Part shown: in pieces, positions 1-9,767 of the stretch
Layout: every line of letters starts with the position of its first letter
Position numbering within the stretch: position 1 is the first letter of the stretch
DNA from: Bradymonadia bacterium
GTDB taxonomy: Bacteria; Myxococcota_A; Bradymonadia; UBA7976; UBA1532
Assembly (NCBI GenBank): GCA_046290225.1
Contig: JBKAGE010000071.1
Location: 24,327-88,326, forward strand
Direction: 5' to 3'
Length of the DNA stretch: 64,000 nt
Notes under the pieces: model-generated
Databases searched by the model: none
Told to the model about the DNA's origin: nothing
What the model saw: the letters and a program-made list of their open reading frames with translations, nothing else
Position numbers and translations under genes: made by a program

Positions 1-3000
1 CGCCGAGGACCACGGCGCCCACCCCGCGATACAGCTCCGAGCCCGAGCCTGGAAACAACACCAGGGGGAGCAGGCCCGCGAGAGAGGTGAGGGCGCTCAT
101 GGCGATGGGGCGCACGCGGCGTCGGACGGCATCGGCGATGGCGTCGGCGAGGGGTACGCCCTGACGCATGCGGGCCAGGGCGCCGTCCACCACGAGGATG
201 GCGTTGTTCACCACCACCCCGATCAAGATCACGAAGCCCAGGGCGGTCATCATGTCGAGGGGCTGACGCCCGAGCCACGTGTTCACGGCCCAGAGCGCCA
301 GCACCCCGCCAGCGCCGGCGAGGGGCACGCTCACCAGAATCGCCAGGGGGGCCAGAAAATCCTCGAAGAGGGCGGCGAGGAGCAGGAAGCAGATGATCAC
401 CGCCAACAACAGCACGTTGGTGAAGCGACTCTGAGCTGCCTGGAGGTTGCCCGCCGAGCCGGCGTACTCCACCTGAAGATCCGGAGGCCCGCCACCGGCC
501 TTGAGCGCCTTGTCGACGGCCTCCTGCACTTGCTCGAGGGCCGTCTCCAGGGCCACATCCTTCGGCGGGGAGATCTGGAACTTCAGCGCCCTCCGCCGCT
601 CGATGTGTTGAATGACTGTGGGCCCGAGTCGCTCTTCCACCGCGGCGAGAGAGTGCAGGGGCACCACTTGACCCATGGGTGTGGCCACCGGCGCCGCTTT
701 GAGGGCTGCTGGATCGTCCATGGAGATGCCCCGGGCCCTCAAGACGACATCGCGCTTGGGCTCGCCCTCGGCGCCGAGCTCGCCGATGAAGGCGCCGTCG
801 ACATAGGCGTCGACGACGAGAGCCAGCTCTGCTGGGGAGAGCCCCTGGCGGCTGGCCTCCGCTCGGCGAGGGAGCACCCGGAACTCCGGGGCGCCATAGT
901 CCAGGCCGGGGATCGGCCGGATCTGCGCCCCGGGCACCGCCCCCCTCAGCGCGCCGAAGAGACCCGCACCGAAGGTGATGGTGCCCTCGATGTCGGCGCT
1001 GAGCAGGTCGACCTCGATGCTGCGACCGCCGCCGAGGCGTCTGCCGAAGAGGCTGGCCTGGTTGGCGAAGGCAAAGACCCCGGGCACCTGACTCTGGGCC
1101 TCTCGAACGAGGGCTGCCACCTCACCGGCGCGCTTGGGATCCTGGGCCACGGCCCCCATGAAGGCAGAGTCGGGGGTGCCCACGTAGAAAGTGCGATCCA
1201 GCGCAGGCTTGCCGTCGACCTCCACGCCCACGTACTGCACGAGGTGGTGCTGGATCTTCTCGCCGATGGCGTTCATCTCGCTGATGTCGTACCCCGGCGG
1301 TGGGATCACCACCCCGAAGACTACATTGCGGTTCCCCGTGGGCAGATACTCCAGCGGAGGCAACAGACTGAGGCCCAGCCATCCGGTGCCGCCGAGGCCG
1401 ATGACGGCCACCACCAGGGCCCGCCACGGAGAGGCCACGAGCCCCCGCACGCCACGGCCTACCCGAGCAGAGGGGCCCTTCGCCGTCTGCAAGTCTTCTG
1501 GGGCTGCGGTGAGATCTTCCGCTGTGGCGCCCTTGCGTTGCCTCAACAGCCGCGCCGAGAAGCTGGGGATCACCATGACGCTCACCGCCAGGGAGGCGAA
1601 GACCGAGACCGAGATGGCCACCGCCACGTCTCGGAGCAGCTCACCCACTTCGTCTTGCCAGCTGATGATGGGCAGGAACACCGCCGCCGTGGTGAGGGTG
1701 CTCGCGAGGATCGCCCCCCAGACCTCCCGGGTGCCCTTGAGGGCAGCTAGGCGGACCGAGCCGGTGCGTTGTCGCCAGGTGTCGATGCTCTCGAGGACCA
1801 CGATGGAGTTGTCCACCACCATGCCCACGGCGAAGGCCATGCCCGCGAGAGAGACGATGTTGAGGGTACGCCCCAGAAGGGCCATGCCCAAGGCGGTGCC
1901 CACGATGCTCACGGGGATCGACAGCGCCACCACCATCGAGGCCCCGATCGATCGCAAGAACAACAGCAGCACCACCACCGCCAGCAGCCCGCCGAGCAGC
2001 AAGTTCTGCCCCACGAGATCGAGGGCGCCCTCGATGTAGCCCGTCTGGTCGCTCACGATGCGCATGCCCAGGCCCTCGGGGGCCAGGAGCTCGTCGTTGA
2101 TCGCGTCGACCTCCTGGCGGATCTCCCGGGTCACCTCGAGCACGTTGAAGCCCGCCTCGCGGAAGAACAGCATCGCCATGGAGGGGGCACCGTTCACCAT
2201 GCCCATGGCCGTGGCCTTGCGCAGGCCAAGCTGCACGGTGGCCACCTCTTCGAGCCGGATCGGATCACCATCGGGGCCGGTGCCCACCACGAGCAGGGCC
2301 AGATCTCGGGGATCAGAGGGGGCCACGTCGGTGCGGACGATGTAGCGGCGTTTGCCGATGGGCATATCGCCGGCAGAGACGTCTCGGAGGGCGCCGCGGA
2401 TCACCGTGGAGATGCCCCCCACCGTGAGGCCGCGGGCGGCGAGGGCCCTGGGATCGAAATCTACCTGCACCTCGGTCTCTCGACCACCGATGAGACGGAT
2501 GCTCGCCACCCCGGGGATCCGCTCCAGGCGTGGGAGGATCACATCTTCCACCCAGGTGCGATACGCCTCGACTTGCCCGCCGCGGATCTCCGCCTGAATC
2601 ACCGTCACTGCCAGAGGGGGCCCGGTGCTGTTCGCCGTGGAGATCACGGGCCGATCCACCCCCTCGGGATAGGCAGGCACCCGAGACAGCAGGTTGTTCA
2701 CCCGGACCAGGGCCTCTTCGAGATCAGCCCCAACCTCCAACTCCAGGGTGATGCTCGCTGAGCCACTCCGGCTCGAGCTGTCCATCTGCACCAGCCCCGG
2801 CAGGCTCTTGAGCACCTCTTCCTGGGGCTCGATCACGTCGGATTCGAGCTCTGCAGGGGTGGCACCGGGCCAGAACGTGGAGACCGAGAGTGTGGGCACG
2901 GAGATGTCGGGGGTGAGCTGGATCGGGAGGTCGGCCACGGAGAGCAGCCCGAACAAGATCACCAGGATCACGCCCACGGTGATCGAGACCGGGCGGGAGA

Positions 3001-3057
3001 CGGCCCAACCGACGATGCCACCCTCAGAGGGTCCACCCGAAGGTGCCGAGGCGTTCA
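1..3057 (-). CDS. RND efflux transporter permease (AcrB/HAE1-like), 3' end truncated by window start
   Basis: Reverse-strand translation is one continuous frame from a GTG start near 3057 (N-term ...IVGWAVSRPVSITVGVILVILFGLLSV, TM1) through typical RND periplasmic loops and TM bundles (VVDNSIVVLE, ALGFVILIGVVVNNAILVVD). It runs off the window start, so it is absent from the ORF track. The start overlaps the stop of the upstream adaptor gene. Confidence 0.8.
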
Positions 3058-4245
3058 CTGCTCTGGCCCCCCTGCGGCCTGAATCTCGCTCATGATCTTG
3101 AGCGCCTGCCCGGGCCTCAATCGCTCGTTGCCTCGAATCACCACCTGATCGCCCACGGCGAGGCTCGGCGCTTCGGGCGGCGCCGCCGACGCCTGATTGG
3201 GCAACGGCGGTGCAGAGGGCGGCGTGAGCCCCTCGGGAACCTTCACCAGCACCGTGTCGTCGGCATCAGCGAGCACGTGCACGGGGATCGGCACACCTTT
3301 GCCATCGATGACCTTCATCACCCGCACGCCTGTGGGGCCACGGACCAGAGCATCGCGGGGCAGGAGCACGCCACCCACACTCTCTGAGGTGCCCATCTGC
3401 ACCGAGAACCGGACCCCCACGGCCATGCCCGGGAGCAGCCACTGCGGGCGCTCGCCCACCGGCTGCAGGCGCAGGCGCTGAGCCCGGGTGGCGGACTCGA
3501 GGGCGGGGATCACGCCGGCGATGGTGGCTTCGGCGGTGCTGCCATCGTGGTGCAGAGTGGCCCCGGCACCTTGCTTCACCGGTAGATCAGGGGCGACCTC
3601 AACGATGATCTCCACCTCGTCGGCAGAGACGAGCTGAAAGGCGGGGCTGCCTGCGGCGATCCATGCCCCCGGCTCCACCATCCGGGCCCTGATCACCCCG
3701 GAGAAGGGGGCCACGAGTTGATGTCGGTCGCGGCTCGCCTGCAATCGACGCCGAGTGGCCTTGGCACCGTCGAGGCGAGCGGACAGTCGCTCCACTGCGG
3801 CCTGATAGCGTTCGCGCTCGGCGTCGGTGACGATGGGGTGCGCCCGTTTGCGGGCCCGCCGCAGGTCCCGACGGGCCTGAGCGAGATCGGCGGTCACCTC
3901 GGACTCCGTGGCTCGAGCGGCGGCGATCTCGGGCACGATCAGGTCGGTGTCGAGGCGCACGAGCACTTGATCGGCCTTCACCTGATCGCCAGGGCGCCCC
4001 ACAACCTCGGAGACCGTGCCGGCTACGGCAGGGGCCAGGGTGACGGCGTGTACCGGTTGCACTTGCCCCAGGTAGCTGCGGGTGTCGGTGAGGGTGCCTG
4101 CCCGAGTGGTGGTGACCTCCACTCGGGCAGGTGGCGGACCTTTGCCTTTGGCCTTCGAGGCCGCTTTGTCAGGGTCCTTCGAAGCGCATCCAGAGGCCAG
4201 ACAGGTGAGGGCGAAGAGCGCACAGAGCAGAGGTGCAGTGGCCAT
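3055..4245 (-). CDS. RND efflux periplasmic adaptor (membrane fusion protein, HlyD/AcrA family) lipoprotein
   Basis: Lipoprotein signal MATAPLLCALFALTCLASGC. Coiled-coil region (DLAQARRDLRRARKR...) flanked by beta-barrel/lipoyl-like segments typical of MFPs. Immediately upstream of, and overlapping, the RND permease. Confidence 0.8.
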   Translation of the reverse strand: MATAPLLCALFALTCLASGCASKDPDKAASKAKGKGPPPARVEVTTTRAGTLTDTRSYLGQVQPVHAVTLAPAVAGTVSEVVGRPGDQVKADQVLVRLDTDLIVPEIAAARATESEVTADLAQARRDLRRARKRAHPIVTDAERERYQAAVERLSARLDGAKATRRRLQASRDRHQLVAPFSGVIRARMVEPGAWIAAGSPAFQLVSADEVEIIVEVAPDLPVKQGAGATLHHDGSTAEATIAGVIPALESATRAQRLRLQPVGERPQWLLPGMAVGVRFSVQMGTSESVGGVLLPRDALVRGPTGVRVMKVIDGKGVPIPVHVLADADDTVLVKVPEGLTPPSAPPLPNQASAAPPEAPSLAVGDQVVIRGNERLRPGQALKIMSEIQAAGGPEQ

Positions 4246-4501
4246 GAGAGGGCGAGTCCTGCGTAAAGGTGAGGTTCGAGTGATGCCGGATCATGGCCCG
4301 AGGTTGACCAGAACACGGGGGTTTCTGCGGTTTTTCTCGATTTATAGATGATCTGACCCCTTTTTTCGTGACACCTTGCCGAGGTTGGGACTTCTACGGA
4401 TACGGACACCGAGTTCGAGCCGACCGATCAGCGCACGTGCGGGCATCTCTGCCCGGGCAGTGTCATCTGCGGGTGGTCGGCCGAGACAACGGGGGAACGT
4501 G

Positions 4502-7150
4502 ATGATGATGAAGCGAGTCCAGCTCGCCCTTGCCGCCCTGACTCTGGGTGGCTTCGCCAGCCAAGCCCAGGCACAGGAGTGTCAGGCGACGCCCTTCGCT
4601 TGCGCCGTCGACGACTCCATCAACCAGGGTTTGCAGTTCCTGCGCAACGCAGAGCGAGGCACCGGGAGCTTCCGGGGCGCCGCCGGCGACGTGCGGCACA
4701 ACTTCCTCGGCGTGCTCTCGTTCCTCGAGAAGCGTCAGGGCGTCGGCTGGCTCGGCCGCGCTCAGGGCTTCGACGGCATGGATCCCAACGATCAGCAGAT
4801 GGTGCTCCGCGCCGTCCAGGGCATGATCGGCGGTGACGTGGCGCTGCAGAACCCCAACGGGCGTCCGTACACCTACGTCACCGGCGGCAACTTGATGGCC
4901 CTCTCGGCCTACCTCGCCACCGGCGGCCCCGACGACGTCGGCGCCCAGGTCACCGTGAGCACCGCCGTGGCCAACGGCGTCGCCGCCCTGACCCGCACCC
5001 AGGGCAACCAGCCCCCGCTGAACGAAGGTGGCTGGAACTACAATGATCCCGGCGCCTCGGGCGACCTCTCCACGACGCAGTTCGCCGTGGCCGGCCTCAG
5101 CGCCGCCGAGAACGTCATCGAGGGCGCCAGCGCGCCGCTGATGATCACCCCCAACTATCTGCAGGCCACGCAGCAGGCCGACGGCGGCCTCACCTACCGG
5201 CCCAATGGTCAGTCGAGCTCCTCGATGACCGCCACGGGTCTCTGGTGCTACCGGCTCTCCGACGTGCCCGCTGGTGATCCTCGAGCGCAGCAGGCCCTGA
5301 GCTGGATGCGCCAGAACTGGACCTACGACCGCATGGTGGGTCCCTGGGATCCCACCAGCACCTATTACTACTTCTGGGCCATCGAGAAGGCCCTCACCGT
5401 CTCCGGTGACGATGGCCTCGGCGGCCAAGTCTACGACGAGAACTTCGGTGACCGCATCCCCGGCATGCTGGGCTACCCCGAGGAGCCCCCGGGCTCCTAC
5501 TTCGACCTCGCCTACACCCTCGTCGACTGGCAGAACCCCGCCAACGGCGCCTGGGCCGACGCTGGCGCTGGCGGTGTGAACAACGGCTGGGACCAGCTCT
5601 CCAGCCACGGCTTCTCCCTGCTCACCCTGCTGCGCTCCCTCGGTGGTGTCTGCGTCGACGCCGATGAAGATGGCTTCTGCGGCCTCGACGACAACTGCCC
5701 CGACATCCCGAACCCCGATCAGGCCGACGAAGAGGGCGACGGCATCGGTGACGCCTGCGACAACTGCCCCAAGGTGGTGAACTCCAACCAGGACGACACC
5801 GACATGGACGGCGCCGGCGACGCCTGTGACAACTACATCTGCACCCCCGACGGCAACCCCGAGGTGTGTGACGGTGTGGACAACGACTGCGACGGTCTCG
5901 TCGACGCCGTGCCCAGCGGTGATCCCATCGTGTCCCCCGACGTCTGCGCCACCGGCCTCGCCGGTCAGTGCGCCGCTGGCGTTCAGGTCTGTGGCGCGGG
6001 TGGCCGAGTGGTCTGCCGCGCCGAGGTGAGCCCCGATCCCGACGAGGCTTGCGATCTCATCGACAACGACTGCGACGGTCGCATCGACGAGGGCGTGCGC
6101 AACGCCTGCGGTACCTGCGGCGGCGACGCTGCCGACGTGTGCAACGGTGAGGACGACGACTGCGACGGCACCATCGACGAGTCCGCCAGCTGTGGTGGCG
6201 GCGACCTCTGCATCCTCGGCGCCTGCGTGGAGCCTTGTGACGGCGGCACCTGCCCCGATGGTCAGTTCTGTGTCGACGGTGGCTGCGTCGACGCCTGCGC
6301 CGGCGTCGACTGCGCTCAGGGCGAGACCTGCAACCCCAGCACTGGCCTCTGCGAGGACCTCTGCGCCGGCGTCGAGTGCGACGGTGACCAGGTCTGCTTC
6401 GCTGGCGAGTGCGTGGACGACACCTGCTACAACGTGCCTTGCCCCACGGGTGAGGTCTGCGACGGCGGTGAGTGCACCGCGGACCCCTGCCTGGGCATCG
6501 CCTGTGGCGAAGACTCCTTCTGCCGCAGCGGCCAGTGCGTCTTCAGCTGCGCCGAGGTGAGCTGCCCTCTCGGTCAGCAGTGCATCGACGGTCAGTGTGA
6601 AGACACCCGCTGCGGTGGGGTCATCTGCGAGGCCGGCGAGGTCTGCGTCGACGACCAGTGTGTCGAGTCTACCTGCAACGACGAGGACTGCGGCCCTGGT
6701 CGCACCTGCATCGCCAACGAGTGCGCTGACGATCCGTGTGCCTACGTCACGTGTCCGACTCAGGAGACCTGCGAGGTCGTCGACGGTACCGCGCAGTGCG
6801 TGGCCGACTGGACGCCCGACGATGGCATGGGCGGCATGGGCGGCGAAGGCGGTATGGGTGGCGAAGGTGGCATGGGCGGCGAGGCCGGCATGGGCGGTGA
6901 GCCTGTGGCCGGTGCCGGTGGCATGGGCGGTGAGCCCGCAGCCGGCGCAGGCGGTGCTGGCGGCGACACCATGGATCCCGACGGTGGCGTCGGCGGTGGC
7001 ATGGTGGGCGGCTCCGGCGGTAACGGTGAGGGCGGCGACAACGAGGACGAGGGCTGCTCGTGCTCCGCAGGCGGCTCCAGCACGCCTTCCCCTAGCTTCC
7101 TGCTCGCGCTGATGGCTCTGGTGGGCTTCCGGCTGCGTCGCCGGCGGTGA
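4502..7150 (+). CDS. Secreted multi-domain MYXO-CTERM protein: N-terminal prenyltransferase-like alpha/alpha toroid repeats, thrombospondin type-3 Ca-binding repeats, MopE-like CxxxDxDCDGxxDE repeats, Cys-rich repeats, MGGEGG repeats, C-terminal MYXO-CTERM
   Basis: Start re-assigned to MMMKRVQLALAALTLGGFASQAQA (signal peptide). The track ORF starts earlier at 4376 with an Arg-rich extension. Motifs: GWNYNDPGASGDLSTTQFAVAGL and QADGGLTYRP (PFTB-like repeats); DEDGFCGLDDNCPDIPNPDQADEEGDGIGDACDNCP (TSP3); CDGVDNDCDGLVDA, CDLIDNDCDGRIDEG, CNGEDDDCDGTIDES; many CxxGxC EGF-like units. C-terminus GCSCSAGGSSTPSPSFLLALMALVGFRLRRRR. Confidence 0.8.
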   Translation: MMMKRVQLALAALTLGGFASQAQAQECQATPFACAVDDSINQGLQFLRNAERGTGSFRGAAGDVRHNFLGVLSFLEKRQGVGWLGRAQGFDGMDPNDQQMVLRAVQGMIGGDVALQNPNGRPYTYVTGGNLMALSAYLATGGPDDVGAQVTVSTAVANGVAALTRTQGNQPPLNEGGWNYNDPGASGDLSTTQFAVAGLSAAENVIEGASAPLMITPNYLQATQQADGGLTYRPNGQSSSSMTATGLWCYRLSDVPAGDPRAQQALSWMRQNWTYDRMVGPWDPTSTYYYFWAIEKALTVSGDDGLGGQVYDENFGDRIPGMLGYPEEPPGSYFDLAYTLVDWQNPANGAWADAGAGGVNNGWDQLSSHGFSLLTLLRSLGGVCVDADEDGFCGLDDNCPDIPNPDQADEEGDGIGDACDNCPKVVNSNQDDTDMDGAGDACDNYICTPDGNPEVCDGVDNDCDGLVDAVPSGDPIVSPDVCATGLAGQCAAGVQVCGAGGRVVCRAEVSPDPDEACDLIDNDCDGRIDEGVRNACGTCGGDAADVCNGEDDDCDGTIDESASCGGGDLCILGACVEPCDGGTCPDGQFCVDGGCVDACAGVDCAQGETCNPSTGLCEDLCAGVECDGDQVCFAGECVDDTCYNVPCPTGEVCDGGECTADPCLGIACGEDSFCRSGQCVFSCAEVSCPLGQQCIDGQCEDTRCGGVICEAGEVCVDDQCVESTCNDEDCGPGRTCIANECADDPCAYVTCPTQETCEVVDGTAQCVADWTPDDGMGGMGGEGGMGGEGGMGGEAGMGGEPVAGAGGMGGEPAAGAGGAGGDTMDPDGGVGGGMVGGSGGNGEGGDNEDEGCSCSAGGSSTPSPSFLLALMALVGFRLRRRR
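6826..6965 (+). repeat. In-frame tandem ~18-bp repeat encoding (MGGEGG)n Gly-rich linker inside the MYXO-CTERM protein
   Basis: atgggcggcatgggcggcgaaggcggtatgggtggcgaaggtggcatgggcggcgaggccggcatgggcggtgag... translated DGMGGMGGEGGMGGEGGMGGEAGMGGEP. Confidence 0.75.
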
Positions 7151-7180
7151 GGTTCGCTGGGCCTGAGCGGACGGCCGTGC

Positions 7181-7620
7181 TCGCGCCTGTGGCGGACGAC
7201 CCAGCAAAAGCTTTCGCTTCGCTGCGTCTGTAGCGGACGGTCATCGCCTTTGGCGACAGCCTGTAGCGGACGCCTCGCCTTTGGCGAGAGCTGTAGCGGA
7301 CGCTCATTTGCCTTCGGCAAATTCCCTGTAGCTTTTTTGAAGATCAGTTGAGGGGGGTGTGTGTGGGTTCATCTACCGCAAACACGGTTGGCCCCTGACG
7401 CACCAGTTCTGGCGTAAGCCCCTACCTGGATCGAGAAACCCACCAGGCACACCAAAAGTCTCTTAGAAAGCTACAGCTCAGGCTGCCGAAGGCAGACTCG
7501 GCGTCCGCTACAGCTCTGGACCAGCGCAGCTGGTTCAGGCGTCCGCTACAGGCGGTGCGCAGCACGGCCGTCCGCAACAGACGCAGCGAAGCGAAAGCTT
7601 TTGCTGGGTCGTCCGCTCCC
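7181..7620. repeat. Long composite palindromic repeat element in a convergent intergenic region (49-bp near-perfect terminal inverted repeats, internal modular ctgtagcggacg units with small hairpins)
   Basis: Left end gcggacgacccagcaaaagctttcgcttcgctgcgtctgtagcggacgg (about 7183-7231) matches the right end (about 7571-7619) as reverse complement with one mismatch. Between them ctgtagcggacg recurs three times on the left arm with short spacers containing small hairpins (cgcctttggcg, tttgccttcggcaaa), and cgtccgctacag recurs as the mirror on the right arm. Central ~150 bp is unique. Confidence 0.75.
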
Positions 7621-7622
7621 AT

Positions 7623-8594
7623 TCAGACAAAGCGGTTCATCTCTTTGACCCCGTCAGAAGACTGGTCATCCGAGAACTGGTACTCCGGATCGAGCAGATC
7701 GTTGATGCGATCCATCATCAGATCAGTGAGGCCACGGAACTTGTCGCCATGCTTCTCCTTCGCCGCGGGGCTGAAGGGGACGAAGGGCTCGTGCACGCGG
7801 AACTGAGCGAGATCTTCCGAGTCGAGCTTCATGGGCTCACCGATGCGGTAGTGCACCGTGCCCCCCTTGGAGAAGGGCGAGTTCCCCGGGTACAGCTTGT
7901 CGCTGCCGTTACAGCCCACAGGTACAATGTCGGCATTGAGATGCTGGGCCATCTGAACGAGGCCGATCTGACCCCGCGACAGCCTGATCGAGCGGGTGCC
8001 CTGAGGAAACACGAGCAGGTAGAGCCCCAGCTGGAAAGCCCGCTGGTTGAGGCGGGTCACCTCCTCGATCATCCGCGACCACAGATCCTCGAACCACACC
8101 TTGAAGGCTTCTGGCCCACCGTGAGCGTTGACGAAGCGCCTCGCCATGGAGGTGAAGTCGCCGTCCCAGGCGCCCTCGTCGACGAGGGTGCGCAGCGAGC
8201 GATACTCATCGCTCTCCGGCGGGCGCTCGGCGATCCGGCGAAATTCGGTGGTGATCACATAGCCACGCGAGGGCAGGGGAATCCCGTTACAGGCGCTCAG
8301 GAACGACGCCATGACCTTGTTCTCGTAGTACTTGCCCTTCACCCAGGTGGCGGTGAGCCCTTTCTTCTGCATGTGCAGCCCGAGCTGAAGTGGCCAGTAG
8401 TTGAAGCGGTCGGTGTGGTTCATCGCCAGGATGATCGGGCGCCCTGGAGGCGGCAGACGCTCCAGGTGTTCGAACGTTACCTTGGTCTTCTTGGGGATCC
8501 TGTGGTCGACGTGGCGCAGGAAGCGCCCCACGAGCCGCATGAACTTGGCGTCTCCAGTGAGCTTCACTGTGCGCAGGTAGTCAGGATCGATCAT
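7623..8594 (-). CDS. Lysophospholipid/glycerol-3-phosphate acyltransferase family protein (PlsC-like)
   Basis: Start re-assigned to MIDPDYLRTVKL (RBS-like GGAGAG upstream). The longer track ORF reaches 9038 through an Arg/His-rich extension that overlaps the next gene. Acyltransferase block III-like FPQGTRS, with AMNHTDRFNYWP region as the H-box equivalent. Confidence 0.6.
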   Translation of the reverse strand: MIDPDYLRTVKLTGDAKFMRLVGRFLRHVDHRIPKKTKVTFEHLERLPPPGRPIILAMNHTDRFNYWPLQLGLHMQKKGLTATWVKGKYYENKVMASFLSACNGIPLPSRGYVITTEFRRIAERPPESDEYRSLRTLVDEGAWDGDFTSMARRFVNAHGGPEAFKVWFEDLWSRMIEEVTRLNQRAFQLGLYLLVFPQGTRSIRLSRGQIGLVQMAQHLNADIVPVGCNGSDKLYPGNSPFSKGGTVHYRIGEPMKLDSEDLAQFRVHEPFVPFSPAAKEKHGDKFRGLTDLMMDRINDLLDPEYQFSDDQSSDGVKEMNRFV

Positions 8595-8675
8595 GGAGGC
8601 TCTCCGCGTGTCGGTGAGGTGGCATAAGGGTGGGGCTGTTGCTCGCCAGAGACAAGCAGAGTAGAAGGCTTCACC

Positions 8676-9767
8676 ATGACTGGCTCTTCGAAAACTGTGG
8701 TGAACCTGTGGTGGCTCGCGCCTGCGGCGGTGATCGTCGTCGCCCTCCTCACCATGTGGCAACGCAGCCAGGTCCCCGAGCGGTCCGACTGGCAAGATGC
8801 TGCAGCGCACATCAAAGCGAACGTGCAGCCTAGTGACGGGGTGACGTGGGTGCCCTATCACGCCGGTGAGGGGCGGCTGTTCTTTCACGATCTCCCGGCC
8901 TTTCATCTGCCCGAGCCCGAGCAGGCCGATCTCTCTCGATATCGACGTGTCTGGTTGCTCGGTGCCTTTGGGGCCGACAGCGACGATCTCGAACATCGAA
9001 AGCTGAGCGAGGAAGACGAGACACCTGTGAGCGGCCACACCGTGGTGGAGCAGCTCAACTTCGGTCCGTTGTCTCTCGAACTCCTCGAGATCAAAGGTCC
9101 TGCGGTGACCTTCGACATGCGGAAGCAGCTCGAGCAGACCACTGTGAACCGAGGGAAGAAGTCATGTGACTTCTGGAGTGGCACCGGTTGGCACTGCGAC
9201 CTGCGCAAGAGCCCTGAGCAGACCCGTCAATGCTTGGGGAAGCCCATCGCAGAGCGCGCCCGCATGAAGGGGCGTCGGCGGCAACATCATCACCTCGTGG
9301 ACTTCACGTTGAGAGATTGTGGGCTCGACCCCTGGTTGCACGTGAGCCGGGACGCCCACGTCATCGGTGACTGGCCTCGACGGTGTGTGTGGATGCACCC
9401 CGCGCGGAAGATGCCCGTACGCGTCACCTGGCCAGAGGGCGTCGGTGAGCGTGGGGGCACTGTGGTGGTGGACTACGGCTTCGTCGACAAGATCATCGCC
9501 GACAACTACAGCCGTGACATTACCAAGGCGCCGCCGAAGTCCGAGCCGGATGCACCGCGGACGCTGCGTGCACAGCCTCTCCTGTTGAGGGTGTTGCGAC
9601 GCAGCAGCACCTTGAGCAAGCGCACCGTCTCCAACGAGAAGGGGTGGCGGCGACTCACTGTGCCAGTCAAGCCAGGCAAGGGCCCCATCGCCCTCGAGGT
9701 GCAGAGCGAAGACCATCACAACGCATACTTCTGCGTCGATGCCACCTTCAGGGAGTCAGCAGAATGA
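8676..9767 (+). CDS. Hypothetical membrane-anchored protein (single N-terminal TM helix), first gene of an operon with the GT39 glycosyltransferase
   Basis: N-terminal TM WWLAPAAVIVVALLTMW. Its stop overlaps the ATG of the next gene (ATGA). No recognisable domain. Confidence 0.55.
   Translation: MTGSSKTVVNLWWLAPAAVIVVALLTMWQRSQVPERSDWQDAAAHIKANVQPSDGVTWVPYHAGEGRLFFHDLPAFHLPEPEQADLSRYRRVWLLGAFGADSDDLEHRKLSEEDETPVSGHTVVEQLNFGPLSLELLEIKGPAVTFDMRKQLEQTTVNRGKKSCDFWSGTGWHCDLRKSPEQTRQCLGKPIAERARMKGRRRQHHHLVDFTLRDCGLDPWLHVSRDAHVIGDWPRRCVWMHPARKMPVRVTWPEGVGERGGTVVVDYGFVDKIIADNYSRDITKAPPKSEPDAPRTLRAQPLLLRVLRRSSTLSKRTVSNEKGWRRLTVPVKPGKGPIALEVQSEDHHNAYFCVDATFRESAE

Noticed and set aside
530-2761. Track ORFs 530-1750, 1191-2039, 1769-2761 (+) and the short ones through 3095
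   Set aside because: All are antisense to, or out of frame with, the RND permease gene, whose minus-strand frame shows continuous AcrB-like sequence. Translations are Arg/Gly/His-rich as is typical of wrong frames in high-GC DNA.
4463-7207. 914-aa ORF on the minus strand
   Set aside because: Antisense to the TSP3/MYXO-CTERM gene. Ala/Gly/Val low-complexity translation without signal or motifs. The plus frame has specific domain motifs.
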